This document shows positions 11,239 to 23,475 of a stretch of DNA of 64,000 nt, piece after piece. The number at the start of each line of letters is the position of its first letter. Position 1 is the first letter of the stretch. The notes under the pieces were generated by a model. That model ran no database searches and was not told the DNA's origin. It saw only the letters and a list, made by a program, of their open reading frames with translations. The DNA is from Chara braunii (taxonomy: Eukaryota > Plantae > Charophyceae): positions 11,403,787 through 11,467,786 of the forward strand of contig BFEA01000001.1 in assembly GCA_003427395.1 (NCBI GenBank), in the 5' to 3' direction. The position numbers and the translations under genes were made by a program.

Positions 11239-13819
11239 ATAATCACGAGGAACATTGAAAAAGCAAGGGTACCAGGGGCCACGGGTCTCAATGGTCTGTG
11301 GCGTCCCGCACCCCAAGACCGCACATGGTTGCGCCTCGCTGGCGATACCCCTCGTGCGCCGCTCAACCAGACGGGGACCTAAGCTTCTTCTCTCGCGCGC
11401 GCCATCAAACGAGTGAGGGTCGACTTGCAGAAAACACACCAAATACCCTTGTAAGGGTATTTGGTACGACAACAGGCGGGCCGCCTGGGAAAACAACGTG
11501 ACCCGGACGGCCTGGCTAGTAGCCTAGAAATCCATGTATTTTATTTTATTTTTTAGGTTTTTCATTGATTTGTATCAGCCTAATAAACTGATTCAAAGTC
11601 AATATTGGTTCAAAGAGCAGGGGTACTAGAGGTTAATCAAGCTACAAAGTGATCGATGAACTTGATGCACGTGATGAGTCACTTACATTTTTTTTACGTT
11701 GCAACATTATGGAGCAACTGTAGGTACTTAGTGAGGAGAAACCTACTGATATGAAATTTCAGTTAGCAGGTAGTATGTTCATTACTATAGGTTGCTAATA
11801 CATCCCCGGTGCTCTTATTTTAGACTTTCAGTAAACGAAATTATATAATCCTACAACGTTCTCCCTTATATAACTACTTTGTGTGGGATGCATGTTTGTA
11901 TGGTCTATTACAAATTTACAATATTAATACAAAGATTCACTTTATGAAGTGTCAAGGTGACAACTATAAAGATTGTGGTGCCATGTTACTTCAATTTGAG
12001 AAACTTATCGTTGTGGGATAACAAAAAAATGTAGGAGAGATTGTCATGTTTTGAGTGTGACCTTATAGTAGAAATATTAAGATATCATCATTCCATGTGT
12101 AGATAAATAGTTTAAAGTTGTATGCACGAAATTTGACATAAGTGTTACAAATGTTTGTACCTTAGTCTTGTTATGAGAAAATATGCATGACCTTTGTTAT
12201 AAGTGTTCTAAATGTTTGCATATTATGTTTCGACATGCAGTGCGACAAACTTCTGCTAACGTCAATCTTATAATAAACTCTTTATTTGGAGTATGCAAAA
12301 TCAAATATACATTAATCTTGGTTACGAGAAATTACATAAAGCATTGTTTATATTAGTTTCTTGGGAATTGACAATATGCTTTAAAAAAAAATTGAAAGGT
12401 TTTGTATGTTTTTTTTATCCACTTGTAGTGAATTGTTTTTTTTTTTCCGTTTTATCAGTGACTAATATATTTTTTCTCATTAAACAGATATAAGTTGTCA
12501 CTTAAAAACAAACCTTCGACCCACTTTATGTGTTATACTATCTTCCACATACCTTTATCTCTTTTCCTTATGTTGAGTTAAAAATTGTTAAACTAGTAAG
12601 TAGGCGCGCAACTTTTTGCACCCAACCATATTGATTCCGCTTTTTAAAAAATAGTTACCTACCGACAAGAGGAAATTCGTTGTATACGGGGTTTGCTCTT
12701 AAACCACTGATACTTGACTCATATATCATCCACATATCTTTGTTGTGCATACACAATAATTTTTTGAGCCTTTATTGTCATCGATAAAATTCATTAATGA
12801 CCCACACCGGTTCATTTCTTGGAGCGCAAGACATCCACAGGGTCGAAGAAAGTGCCTCAAGAGTATTCGTGGTTTAATATATTTAATTATGATTGGCAGC
12901 ACATAATTTGTGACGTGGACAATGCGATGTTATCTTCTTAATATGAATAATATAAAGGATTAAAGGTGAGGATTATTGATCTGAACATCTTCTTTTATCC
13001 CCCACCACCTTGCTCCAGCCATACCCTCAAGTATCACTTTTCACTTCTTACCCTCTCTCTCTCTCTTCCTCACACCGAGTTTAACAATATTTAACTGGCT
13101 GGTAGATGGTTAACATTTTTTGTTAAAACATATTGATTCTACTTTGAAATAATAAACACTTATTGACCATAATAACTTTATTGTGTACCTCCTGCATATT
13201 TTGTTCTGATTCGCAGCATGTCTTTGTAGACCTCCTTTTCGTTGATGGGAACGACTTCACTAGTTCCCTTTCACTTCCCTTGGTATTTCCATTTTGCCAT
13301 CACCCCCATTTATCTCCTTACGTCCGTTTACTCCTCTGTTTTTTTTTCGTTTTTCTTCCTCCTCCTTTTCACGTCTAAGTCATTTTCCTCTTCCGACCAT
13401 TATCACCATTCCTTATATAGTGTCGTCCTTTTCGCTCGTCTGTCTCCTCCTCCCCTTTATCCTTGACCTCCTCTTCCTCCTCCTCCTCCTTCCCCATTCA
13501 GCGCGTGCCATACGACATACATTCCCCCCCCCCTCTTTTGATTTGGTTGCTATGCCCCGCTTCTCCTGCTTTCTCCTCCAACACTCTTTTCTTATCACAA
13601 CTTTGATTGTTGTTGAGTGCAGCTACTGTGCCATAACCCATCCGCACATTTTTTCTTCAACGCTACATGATCTTGACAAATTATTCCGAGCTTGGTTTAT
13701 GATACCTCATCACATTATTTACTTAAGGTCACTTGAGGTAAGATGTAAGACTTAGAAGATGGAATATGATCAATGTGATAGATGTTTTTTATAACAAAGA
13801 TAAAACATGAAGGTAACAA

Positions 13820-15900
13820 AAAATGGCCGCGAACCTGAACCTGCAGTCTCTTAATGTAAATGGTTTGACCTCAACGAAAGTACTAAAATATCAAGCCACA
13901 TATGATAAACTCAAGGGAATGGAAGGGAAGGTGTGGTCAGATGCTATACCTATTCAGAAAATTAATTTCATAGACACAACATAACATCATCACATCATCA
14001 AATCTTATCACACCAAACGTATATAACACATGCACCTCAACCTGGTAATGTTGGAGTGGTCGGTTAGCTACCCCGCAACTCGAAGATTGAGCCACTAGAC
14101 TGCCCGACAGACCAAATTGTAGGGAGATGATTTTACCTCCTGGTTATGGTAAAATTATAAGTGGTTATCATTTTTTGTGTTTATGGGCCTAACGAAGGTG
14201 ATGAAGATCACCTGCTAATAAACATCATCATCTTGATGGTTTGAGATTTCAACGCAACTCCTGATAGACATCTAGATTGATGAAATATCATCTTCCTTGT
14301 CTTGCATATGTGAAAAAGGATAAACATATCATTGCTGACACGAGTCATTCATTCACTCGATATCATTTCCTACCTCATGCACTTTCACGTGTTTTATGAA
14401 AAGTCAAATTATACGAGCCTCAAATTTTCGCATTCATTTATTCCTTTGTATGAGGAGTTGCAAGGAGCATTTCAAGTGACTGAAGTATTTATTTGCAGCC
14501 TGTTCTCTGGTCTTGATCATGCCATGGCATGGTGATACTTCCCTTTCACAAAAAAACAGACCAAGAGCATGGTTCTATAAATAGAATTAATCCCCACTTA
14601 AGATTGATCGATTCAAAACATATAGACAGGATGTGCACTGTATTTCAAGGTCAATTTGACCAAAAGGTTAGTGGGTTGAATATCAATCATTTGATCAATC
14701 AAATAGACAATGACATGGTCTGTAATGTGGGGTCAATGATACCCCAAACCCCTTCAGATTTAGGTTGAGTTATCGAGTGTCATGCAAATCACATTTTTGC
14801 ATTAATGATTGTTTCACCATAGGTAGGCCACCATTTGTCTTCGTAATGTAGGAGGAGCGTAATGTAGAAAGAGTGATTTTATCATGTGTCTAAATAGAAG
14901 ACTTATACTACAAAGATGCACAAATAACATTATTAATAATAAGAGTGTGACCCAAAAGAGAAATGTGTTTGTTTTTTCAAAGGTCCATCTTGAAAAGAGC
15001 CGGTTAGGAGATTCAGTCATTGTTGGTTGTTTGCACACCGTCTGTCATCAACGAATAGAGGTCTCCAAAGACATCAGTTAATATTCGGTTGCTCTAAAGG
15101 TCTGTCACGTTTACAAATCCCAATCATGTTTCCTCAAGGGTTGTCATTTAAACCAGATACTCAGACTCTTATTTTCCATTTAGCCATAGACCCCACTAGT
15201 TGAACCAGGTGAGGGTAAGGAGGCCGGAAGAGGAGATGGACTCGTTCTCTAGATTCCCTCTCCGTAAAATTTAAATGTAAAATGCTACGATCTAAGGTTC
15301 ACCTCAAGAGTACCTAAATGTTAATAAGGAAGCTCTTTGTTCAATTAAGTAGCTCAATAACATCAAAGATATATCGGCGAAGGTGACATCCCTACAATGA
15401 CAGGCTGACCATCGTTGTCTGTCACGAAATGATTCGATCATACACCGATCTTCATTCGAACAAAAGTGGTTAGTGCTGCTTGGTGTAAGTTCGGTACTTT
15501 GACATTCTTGGGGAGATGCACCCCAGGGACAATTGAACATATTTTCTTACAATGCTCTAACCCGAATGTTTGTCCAACTTTGGGGTGGTGGGATATGATA
15601 TAAAGTCAATTGGACACATCTCACCCAGGACACTGAGACTAAGCATTGTTATGTGAAACTTGACATCCGGATCTTAATGAATGATTTCACGCAAAATCTT
15701 TTAAATTTAAAATACGGCGGGTTGTAATCTGAACCTTATGGAGGAGATGATGCACTCATGAAATGAAAGGAGTGTGGTTGTATGAACCATAGTTTACTGA
15801 CACCATCAAACATAAGATTCAAACTAACATTACTACTCAATACGAGCTGGCGAAATAAAAAAATACAACATTTATATTCTAATAAAAAAAAAATTCATCA
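13820..15900 (+). mobile_element. Heavily decayed, internally deleted L1-like LINE ORF2
   Basis: APE endonuclease motifs LNLQSLNVNGL (13836), CVYGPNE (~14177) and a frameshifted GDFN-like motif (~14245). A zf-RVT-like TIEHIFLQC lies at ~15529. No intact RT core was seen. Confidence 0.6.
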
Positions 15901-17388
15901 CATTAAAAACTTTAGTGGTTGTTGGCTTGGGGAAATCCATGGGGGGAAACTAGGGATTATAACATGAAAGGGAAACATAATGGTAATGATGTGGAATGTT
16001 GCAAACATTATTGCTTGTTGTTTGATAACTAGTCCATAATGGATCATAATATTATATGAAAATCTTCCACTAACTTTCCATATTTTTCCTCTCATTCCCC
16101 ATTAATGTACGTAGTCGAATATTAATTAAAGTAATATTATTTTGGGTCAATCAATGAGGGTTTAGGGCTTTAGTTGCAGGGTTGGTCTTGGTACACAACA
16201 TACATCTGAGTGATAAGATGTCAACAGTTCAAATGACGATTTAACAATTTAGTTTCGGTACACATTATATGAGGGATGCTCGTAATATTTGTTGTTCACC
16301 AAGCGGGTAAAAAGGTACATAGTCTATTTATCCTTAGGTATTACATAGTTATCACATAGAAACAATGATATTAGTAGTGGTAGCAGTTGGTCAAAGTTAA
16401 TACTTGGTAGTTATCATATTAGCACATTGTTTCCTATATGGTATTTGGATGCTAAAAGAGGAGAGAGTAATCAGACGGTTCCCTACAGGTTGAAGAGACA
16501 TATCTCACCCTATCCTTTCGCATCGCGATTATCATTTAGTCAAACTAAGTTTGCAATAGGGATTGTCAATTCCTGATCCACTATCCAATCAGTCAATCCG
16601 CTGATATTATGGGGTAATCAATGTTAGAGGGCATCAATATTGCTTTCACAAAAAAATTGAAAATAATTGTTTAAGTGTTGAATAAAAACCAAGTTGAAAA
16701 CAAGTCAGACATCAGTGAATCTGTGAATTACTTGGAGCTGACTAGCACCGGGGATGTGCTCGCACTGGTATGAGGATCAGTGTATGCCCGATCCTGATAT
16801 CACAAGTCGCAAATGTAATAGGTGTGTGACTCGTGTGAGACATATTTCCCCATATTTAATAGTTGGGAATAACAAAAGACATACAAAGAGCATTGTTTGA
16901 GTCTGTGAACAACCTTGCTAGAAACGAGAAAGAGACGTTTTTAAGTAGCGGGCATGAAGTCTGCCACAAAATCCGTAAAAGAGGGGAGTAGGCCGACGGA
17001 TGAGCTTACTGCACGAAAGCGTTGGAATCCGTATTTTTTTTAATCCTGTGGGAGTATTGCAAATCCTATGTCTCATTAGGATGGGACGTACTTCAATGGG
17101 ATAAAGAAGTTACTGGTAGGAGTCTCTCTTTCCACCTGCATGAATATTTATTTTTCCGGTAAACCACGACTACCTCGATCAACCAAAAAAGAAAAAATCT
17201 TAACTGTTAATACACTGTGACTTTAGGGGGTCCGCGTCGGGAAGTCGAAGTACTGGTCGGTACTATTTTTGTTTGTAAATTAAAATAACAACAAAAATAT
17301 AAAGAAAAAAATACCACTTCAAAACAAAAAAAAACTAAATAGAAAAATAAAATAAAAACGCATTTTGATTCAAGGGCGCGGTGAGTGG

Positions 17389-17462
17389 GTGTGTGCGTGT
17401 GTGTGTGTGTGTGTATGTGTGTGTGGTGAGTGTGTGTGTGTATGTGTGTGTGTGTGTGTGTA

Positions 17463-17558
<96 letters not shown>

Positions 17559-17585
17559 CTCGCAAAAATTGCGAGCTCTCTCTCT

Positions 17586-17636
<51 letters not shown>

Positions 17637-17763
17637 AAACACGCATTGTTTATTCTCGACAAAATGAGAATGAATCTTCCCCGACTTTACAAAACGATTC
17701 ATTATATTGTTGCACCTTCTGTTGAATCCCACCACGCGCTTGAAAATAGAGATCTTTCTTTCG

Positions 17764-17830
<67 letters not shown>
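17389..17830. repeat. Compound microsatellite block (GT)n(GA)n(GATA)n(GA)n / (CT)n
   Basis: Directly visible. Confidence 0.95.
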
Positions 17831-17835
<5 letters not shown>

Positions 17836-18070
17836 GCGTTTCAAGCGAGCCATCGATATCTTTGCAAAAAGAGAATGAATCTTCCACAACAATGCGGAAT
17901 TATCCATTCTTGTTTTGCACATTCTCCTGCCACGCGCCCTCTCTCGTTCTCTCCCTCTCTCTCTATCTGTCTCCCTCTCTCTTCCGTTCTGTCTCTCACC
18001 CCTCCCCATCCCTCGTGAGGATAAAAATTGGCTCCTTTGTTTTTTATTGTTTTTGTTTTTAAAAACTACG

Positions 18071-18238
18071 AGAGGGTGAGAAAATGAGCTATAATTGCAC
18101 CATTGACCAATATATAGTTTCGAATTGCAGTTATGACAATGTATACAACCCAACGTTTTGGCCAGGTAGGGTGCCTGAAGTACATTTGCAAATTGTATTT
18201 TTCCTGATAGTGCAATTATAGCTCGTTTTTGTGACTCT
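18071..18238. mobile_element. MITE with ~30-bp TIRs
   Basis: AGAGGGTGAGAAAATGAGCTATAATTGCAC ... GTGCAATTATAGCTCGTTTTTGTGACTCT. Confidence 0.6.
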
Positions 18239-18389
18239 AATGAATTACTTTTTTTTTTTNNTCCTNGTAAGTCCGTTTTTTTTTTTTTTTTTTTTTTTTT
18301 TTTTNTTTTTTTTTTTTTTTTTTTTTCGTANTTNTTTTNTTTTTNTTTTTTTTTTTTTTTTTTGAGTTATACNTACTANTAGNTTTAGG

Positions 18390-21050
18390 CTGGGGAATGA
18401 TAAGGTTACCGGACGCGAGATATGGCGGACCCGCGCAGGGATGGCGGTCCATCAGGATCAAGACGAAGGGATGAGGATGAGGGAGATGTGAGAGGCGGTT
18501 AACGGAGACCCTAAATTTCAGACAACTTGTCATGCCATTTATAACAAAATTCAAGGCTCCTTTTAACCAAACTTGCCACTAAGTCAATGGAGATGAAGCT
18601 GGAAGGGACAGCGCAACTCCAACGCAGACTCAACACGCACATACTCCTAACTGTGCAAATGAAGAATGATCCTGAAAACAGGTTGCATCTAGGTATACCC
18701 CCAATCGACTGACTAGATTGGACTGGACTGACTTGGTATGAACAGTGGTACCGGGCTAGACTGAACTAGACTGAATGAGCACACGGCCTGTGGGGTCAAG
18801 CTACAATCTGGTCTCACAAGCCGAACAGGCAAAATAACCAAATAGCCCTGGCTCTAGGCCAGGACAGCTAGATGCACGTGGCGCGTCCTCAGACTTGTAG
18901 TGGATCGCAAAAAGTTGTCGAGAACCATAAACACACTTCCGCAAAAGCAGCGGAACTCTGCAACAGTAAAACTTCATGCAGAGTCCATACGATGCATCCT
19001 ACGCTACAGAATGTCACAACAAAAGCAAATATATGATATATACATCCTAGCTAACAACAGGAAATAAAATGTAGCAGGGTACAATTCTCGAGTCTTAGAG
19101 GCAATTGCCTCAGTGTTCAAAGAAAAAGATAGCAATATGTCAGAAGGTAATGTCGTGTCGCTTGATCACTAAGAGTGGGATGGACTCAGAGGGGATGAAT
19201 GCAGCCTAAGAATCGAAACTCCTAAGGCAGTCACCAACGAAGATAGAATATGTCATTAGGCTTAGGGTAAGGGAATGGTAGCAAAACAAAACCAATGACC
19301 CTAATAGATAGATCATCAAGGGAGGTAATGCTCGACAAAACAACGACACCATGAAGGGTCGACCACGAAAGGGAAGTCTGTAATAGGGTGAAGATATGCC
19401 TAACTGAAGGCATGAAATGGCTGACACTAGGGTGATGAGGGTAGTGGGTGAGGGAAACATGCACACAACTCACCGACTACGGAGGAAGCCAGATGAGGGG
19501 CGTTGGAGAAGCGACTCCACATCCTCTGGTACTGTTGAGCAGTCTCGTAGGCCTGCTTTGTGGTCGCGAAGGTCTGTCTCCAAAACTCTATGTGGTAATC
19601 AGGCGGGAGACTGACAAGAAACTTGTTGGTCAGAAGACCCTCTGGTAGGAGCGTCTTACCACAAATAAGCCGGATGTCTTGAAACACCCGGATGTGATGC
19701 TCCAGATTTGTCGGTGCGGAGGAACCGGGCCATCGGGTCTAGGTGACCTTATCTAAGGCGTCCGTCGGATCGTGCCGAGCGCCATAGTGGTCCTGAAGAA
19801 AGGTGGTGAAATCCATGAAAACGGGAGCCTCACCAATGCGAGTACGATGGGTATAATAACTCTCCTATGCGGTGAAAGCGCCGCCTCGCAATTTAGTGGC
19901 AAGCAAAGAGCATAACAACCCCTGACAAATATTCGTCGGTGTCAATGCATGCGTGGCTGCTTAAAACGAATGAGATACGGGAAGTGTGCCATCGTAGTCG
20001 AGTATATCCAACAAGCGCACAAGGGGGGGACCGATGTGCTAACAACGAGGGGAGGGAGGCTGAGGGGCCTGTACTGCGGCGACAAACGTCGGGTGCGTTG
20101 CAAGGGTGGAAAGGAGAGCAGGTTGTGGGCCATATCCACTAGTGAAATGTCCAGCAAAGGTGGAGGCAACGACCGCATGCAGTTGTGACGAAGTTTCACG
20201 GTAGGAGGGTAAAGGCGGAGGACCAGGTCCATGAAAATGAGCCTGTAAGACCAAAGTAGGAGTAGTGAAGGAAGATGAAGGGTGAGCAGTCTGTAAAGGG
20301 TGAGGCTGTCTCAAGGTAAGTACCTCCCCCTGGAGCTGCATTAAGGTGACCTGCAAGGTAACCACTCACTGGGTGTGCAGGGTCGGAGGTGGAGGGGTCA
20401 AAGAGGATACTCTGGCAGTGAGAAGTGAGGAGACAGGGGGGGAAAGGAGAACTCCGAGTCGTAATGCCGCGATATGTGCGGGGAGCTGGGAAGACGCACC
20501 GGGATGGGTAGTAGATGAGCCTGCTTGGCCAACTACCCGTGTCCGACGAGTAGTGCCTATGACAATCGTGGAAGCGGCACAGACTAATAAAAAGTGTCGC
20601 AACAAACGGGGTGGTCCAAGCAGCAACGTCACTCACCTGTGGTTAGGGTGAGTGTTGGGCCTGAGCAGTGGAGGAAGGGGAACCACCACGTCTCCGTGTC
20701 TGGAGTCGTGGGGAACCAGACTGAGAATCGATAGGGGATGGAGTGTAGGAGCGTTGGGGAGAACGATAGGGAGATCCCTTAAGGCAGTTGACGTTAAGGG
20801 CGAGCACATTGAGTTGCGCCTTCATGGGTCCAAACGCATTGAGGCGCGCTTGTATTGGTGTGAGGTGGGCCGCGAGGACGGTCTGAAGGTTCATAGGGGT
20901 CTGATCGATAATTGTTGGTTAAATGGTCGCCTGAGAGATGGATGACGCCGAAACGACCTTGGATGTACTCTTGTCCATATGCGGTGGATGGATGAGAGTA
21001 AACATGACAGAAGGTGGAAAAGGAGATGGGGAAAAACATGGGCTAGTGTG
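18390..21050 (-). mobile_element. Decayed Ty3/gypsy gag-protease to RT-start fragment
   Basis: Gag-like LDILDYDGTLPV...LLATKLRGGA...LQDHYGARHDP...FLVSLPPDY...AYETAQQYQR; protease-site-like FDS*AAFI (~19200); RT-leader-like RVR*PYHSP (~18400). Many stops and frameshifts. Confidence 0.6.
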
Positions 21051-21347
21051 TGGAGAAAGAGGCCCACCAGTGAGAGGGAGAGGACCGTGGGAGCAGAGTG
21101 CATAGTCGTCAGTCGGCGCGCTCCGTGACCAGCGGGTCGCGCGTGAGAGGGTGGCACAAAGTCGGTCGAGGGGAGAGGATTCGTTCGGGTCTAGGGCGCT
21201 CGATGGGAGAAGGCAGGAGAGAAGGCGGGTGAGGAGAACCCTAAGCCTTAGAAAAACCCTTAGAAAACTCTTACCGGAGTTTGGGGGGTTAGGATAGAGT
21301 AGCGACGGGAGGGCGAAATAAAAACAAATAGATAGTAAAAATTCGAG

Positions 21348-21385
<38 letters not shown>

Positions 21386-21986
21386 AGCAGAAGGTAATGA
21401 GATAAATAATATATGTATATTTTTAATTTTCGGCAACATTTCCCCTATGTAGCACACCGATCATGTGCAGAGCTTTTCCGAACGTCCGAACATGTTTAGG
21501 TGTTCGGCCGAACGCCTCCAGAATGTGTTCGACCGAGCATATATAAAAAAAAAAAAAAAATCTTTTTGATTTTTTATTTTTAACTGGAGTTTGATTACGA
21601 ATTTGGGCATACGTTCCTGATAAAAGTTGTTTGTATTATTATTTTACATAACATATATTTGTTTTAAATTTTTCTGATAACTTTTTTTTTATATATATTT
21701 TTATTTCGCGTTCGGAGGGTTTTGGCGTTTGTTCGCATTTGGTCACGAATGTTCGGGTTCGGTCCCCGAACCAGAACACGATGTGCCAAGAGGAAGGAGA
21801 GACCATTAAAAGCACACTAAGTTTCAAAATGCCGCAACTTTGTTTTTATAGAAAAATAAATAAAAAATAAAAAAATTGGGAGATGGAGGAGAGTGAAGAG
21901 AAAACTAAGTCTTGGATTTTTCCAAAAATTCAGCAACATTTCGTTACCCCAATGGGGTCGAAGCGTGCCATAAAAAATAATGACTT

Positions 21987-22287
21987 CTAGGCTACCAGCC
22001 GGGCCACCCAAGTCACCCTATTTTCCCGGGCACCCCGACCGTGCAAGGACCAGGGAAGGTCCCAANAAAAAAAAAAAAAAAAAAAAAAAACGAAAGTCCA
22101 AAAAATCCAAAAAACAATTATGTTATGCAGAAGCATAAACTGAACAACGTTTGCCTTAGCGTCACATTGAAATTCCTTACCAAATTTAAAATAAAAATTT
22201 TCATAAAAAAATATTTTTATTTTGTTATTTTGTTATTTATTTTTTGCCAGGCTGGGCAAGTGGACCCGGGCCACTCTGGTAGCCTAG
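21987..22287. mobile_element. Intact ~300-bp MITE with CTAGGCTACCAG TIRs (hAT-like)
   Basis: CTAGGCTACCAG...CTGGTAGCCTAG, flanked by TGACTT on both sides. Confidence 0.85.
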
Positions 22288-22516
22288 TGACTTAGTAAAA
22301 AAATGGAAAACTTTTGCCATCACTTCGTTACCCCCAAGAGGTCAAAATGTGTTGGAAAAAGAGAGTAGGGATAAAAGAGAAAATTTCGGTAGCACTTCGT
22401 TACCCCAAGGGGTCAAAATATGCGCCGATAATAGAAATAACTAAGTCCTAACAAGATATAGCGGTTCCACAACAAAAAAATAAAATTTTAAAATAAATAA
22501 AAGTAAAAAATAAAAT

Positions 22517-23011
22517 GAGAAAACTACGGTGCAGTCAGGGTTACAATTTGCAATTGCAGAACTGCGTTTTAAAAGTTTAGACAGGGCCAAAGTTTCACTT
22601 GCCGTTGAAACTCAGGCCGACCTTTTCTAGCAGTTCAGTCAGGCATATGACCATTTTTATTTTTATTTTCTCTCTTCACACGTCGCACCGCGTCGTGCCG
22701 CGACTGGAAAAAAAAAACAAAAAAAAAAACAGCCCCATTGTTGGGCCACGACCGAGATGTCTCGGCCCCACCCCAGACTGGCCACGACCGAGATGTCTCT
22801 GGCACACCCCAGATTGGCCATGATCCACATGTCTCGGCCACACCCCAGATTGGCCACGACCCAGATGTCTCGACCACAACCCAGATTGGCCACGGCCCAG
22901 ATATCGCGTGGTGGGGCGTGGCGGAGCTGGTCTACACAATTCATAATTAAGTCATTCGAACCTGGGTCTGTATTTCAATAGTGCAGAGATGGAGGCCAAA
23001 GAAGAAAAAGG

Positions 23012-23061
<50 letters not shown>

Positions 23062-23475
23062 ACTATGAATTCACGTAGGTGAAAGTTACACCAATGCTTT
23101 GAGGAATGTATATGACCAGTATGTGAGGACCGTGCGACATGTCGTTTTCTTTGTTTGCTTTTTGTTGTGAGGTCCTTGTAGCACCCTGCCAGCCAGGCAT
23201 GGCGGATTCCACGCGAGGCAACTAACTGCCTCGCTTTATTTAGTTCCAGACAAGTATTATAGCATTATGTATCGGACCGCAATCACAACATAAAGAATGT
23301 TTTTTTTTTTTTTTTTAATCTATTGTTCGTGGATAGACGAGGGTCTTGACTGAACTGCTACCGAAAGGCAATTTGAGTTTCACCTGCAATTGAAACTCGG
23401 CCCCTTACTTAAGTGCGAAATCTGTGTTTCAAATGCAATTACAAACTATTTTCATGACTGCGTCGAAGTTACCCC
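22517..23475. mobile_element. Non-autonomous Mutator-like element (MULE)
   Basis: ~100-bp imperfect TIRs (GAGAAAACTACGGTGCAGTC...TTGAAACTC versus GAGTTTCA...GACTGCGTCGAAGTTACCCC) and a perfect 9-bp TSD AAATAAAAT (22508-22516, 23476-23484). The TSD is AT-rich, which weakens it as evidence. Confidence 0.7.
22744..22905. repeat. 36-bp minisatellite, ~4.5 copies
   Basis: GGCCACGACCSAGATGTCTCGGCCACACCCCAGATT units start at 22744, 22780, 22816, 22852 and 22888. Confidence 0.9.

Larger units (their letters stand above)
5338..11471 (-). mobile_element. ~6.1-kb solo LTR or LTR-derived non-coding element
   Basis: Termini TGTCG...CGACA. The 4-bp flanks ATGG/ACAG both derive from ACGG (the base order in the intact MITE) by CpG decay. 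No coding domains were recognised. An N-rich patch at 6290-6440 is a caveat, and orientation is inferred. Confidence 0.7.
5123..11527. mobile_element. CTAGGCTACC-TIR MITE (arms 5123-5337 and 11472-11527) split by a 6.1-kb insertion
   Basis: The arms are the reverse complement of the intact copy at 21987-22287. Flanks AAATGCAT (5115-5122) and AAATCCAT (11528-11535) form an 8-bp TSD with one mismatch. Confidence 0.8.

Noticed and set aside
11590-12600. Possible decayed hAT transposase
   Set aside because: Only vague peptide hints in AT-rich sequence; no supportable motif series.
16995-17030. Hammerhead-like CGGATGAG...CGAAA
   Set aside because: The core deviates from CUGAUGA and stems I-III cannot be built convincingly.
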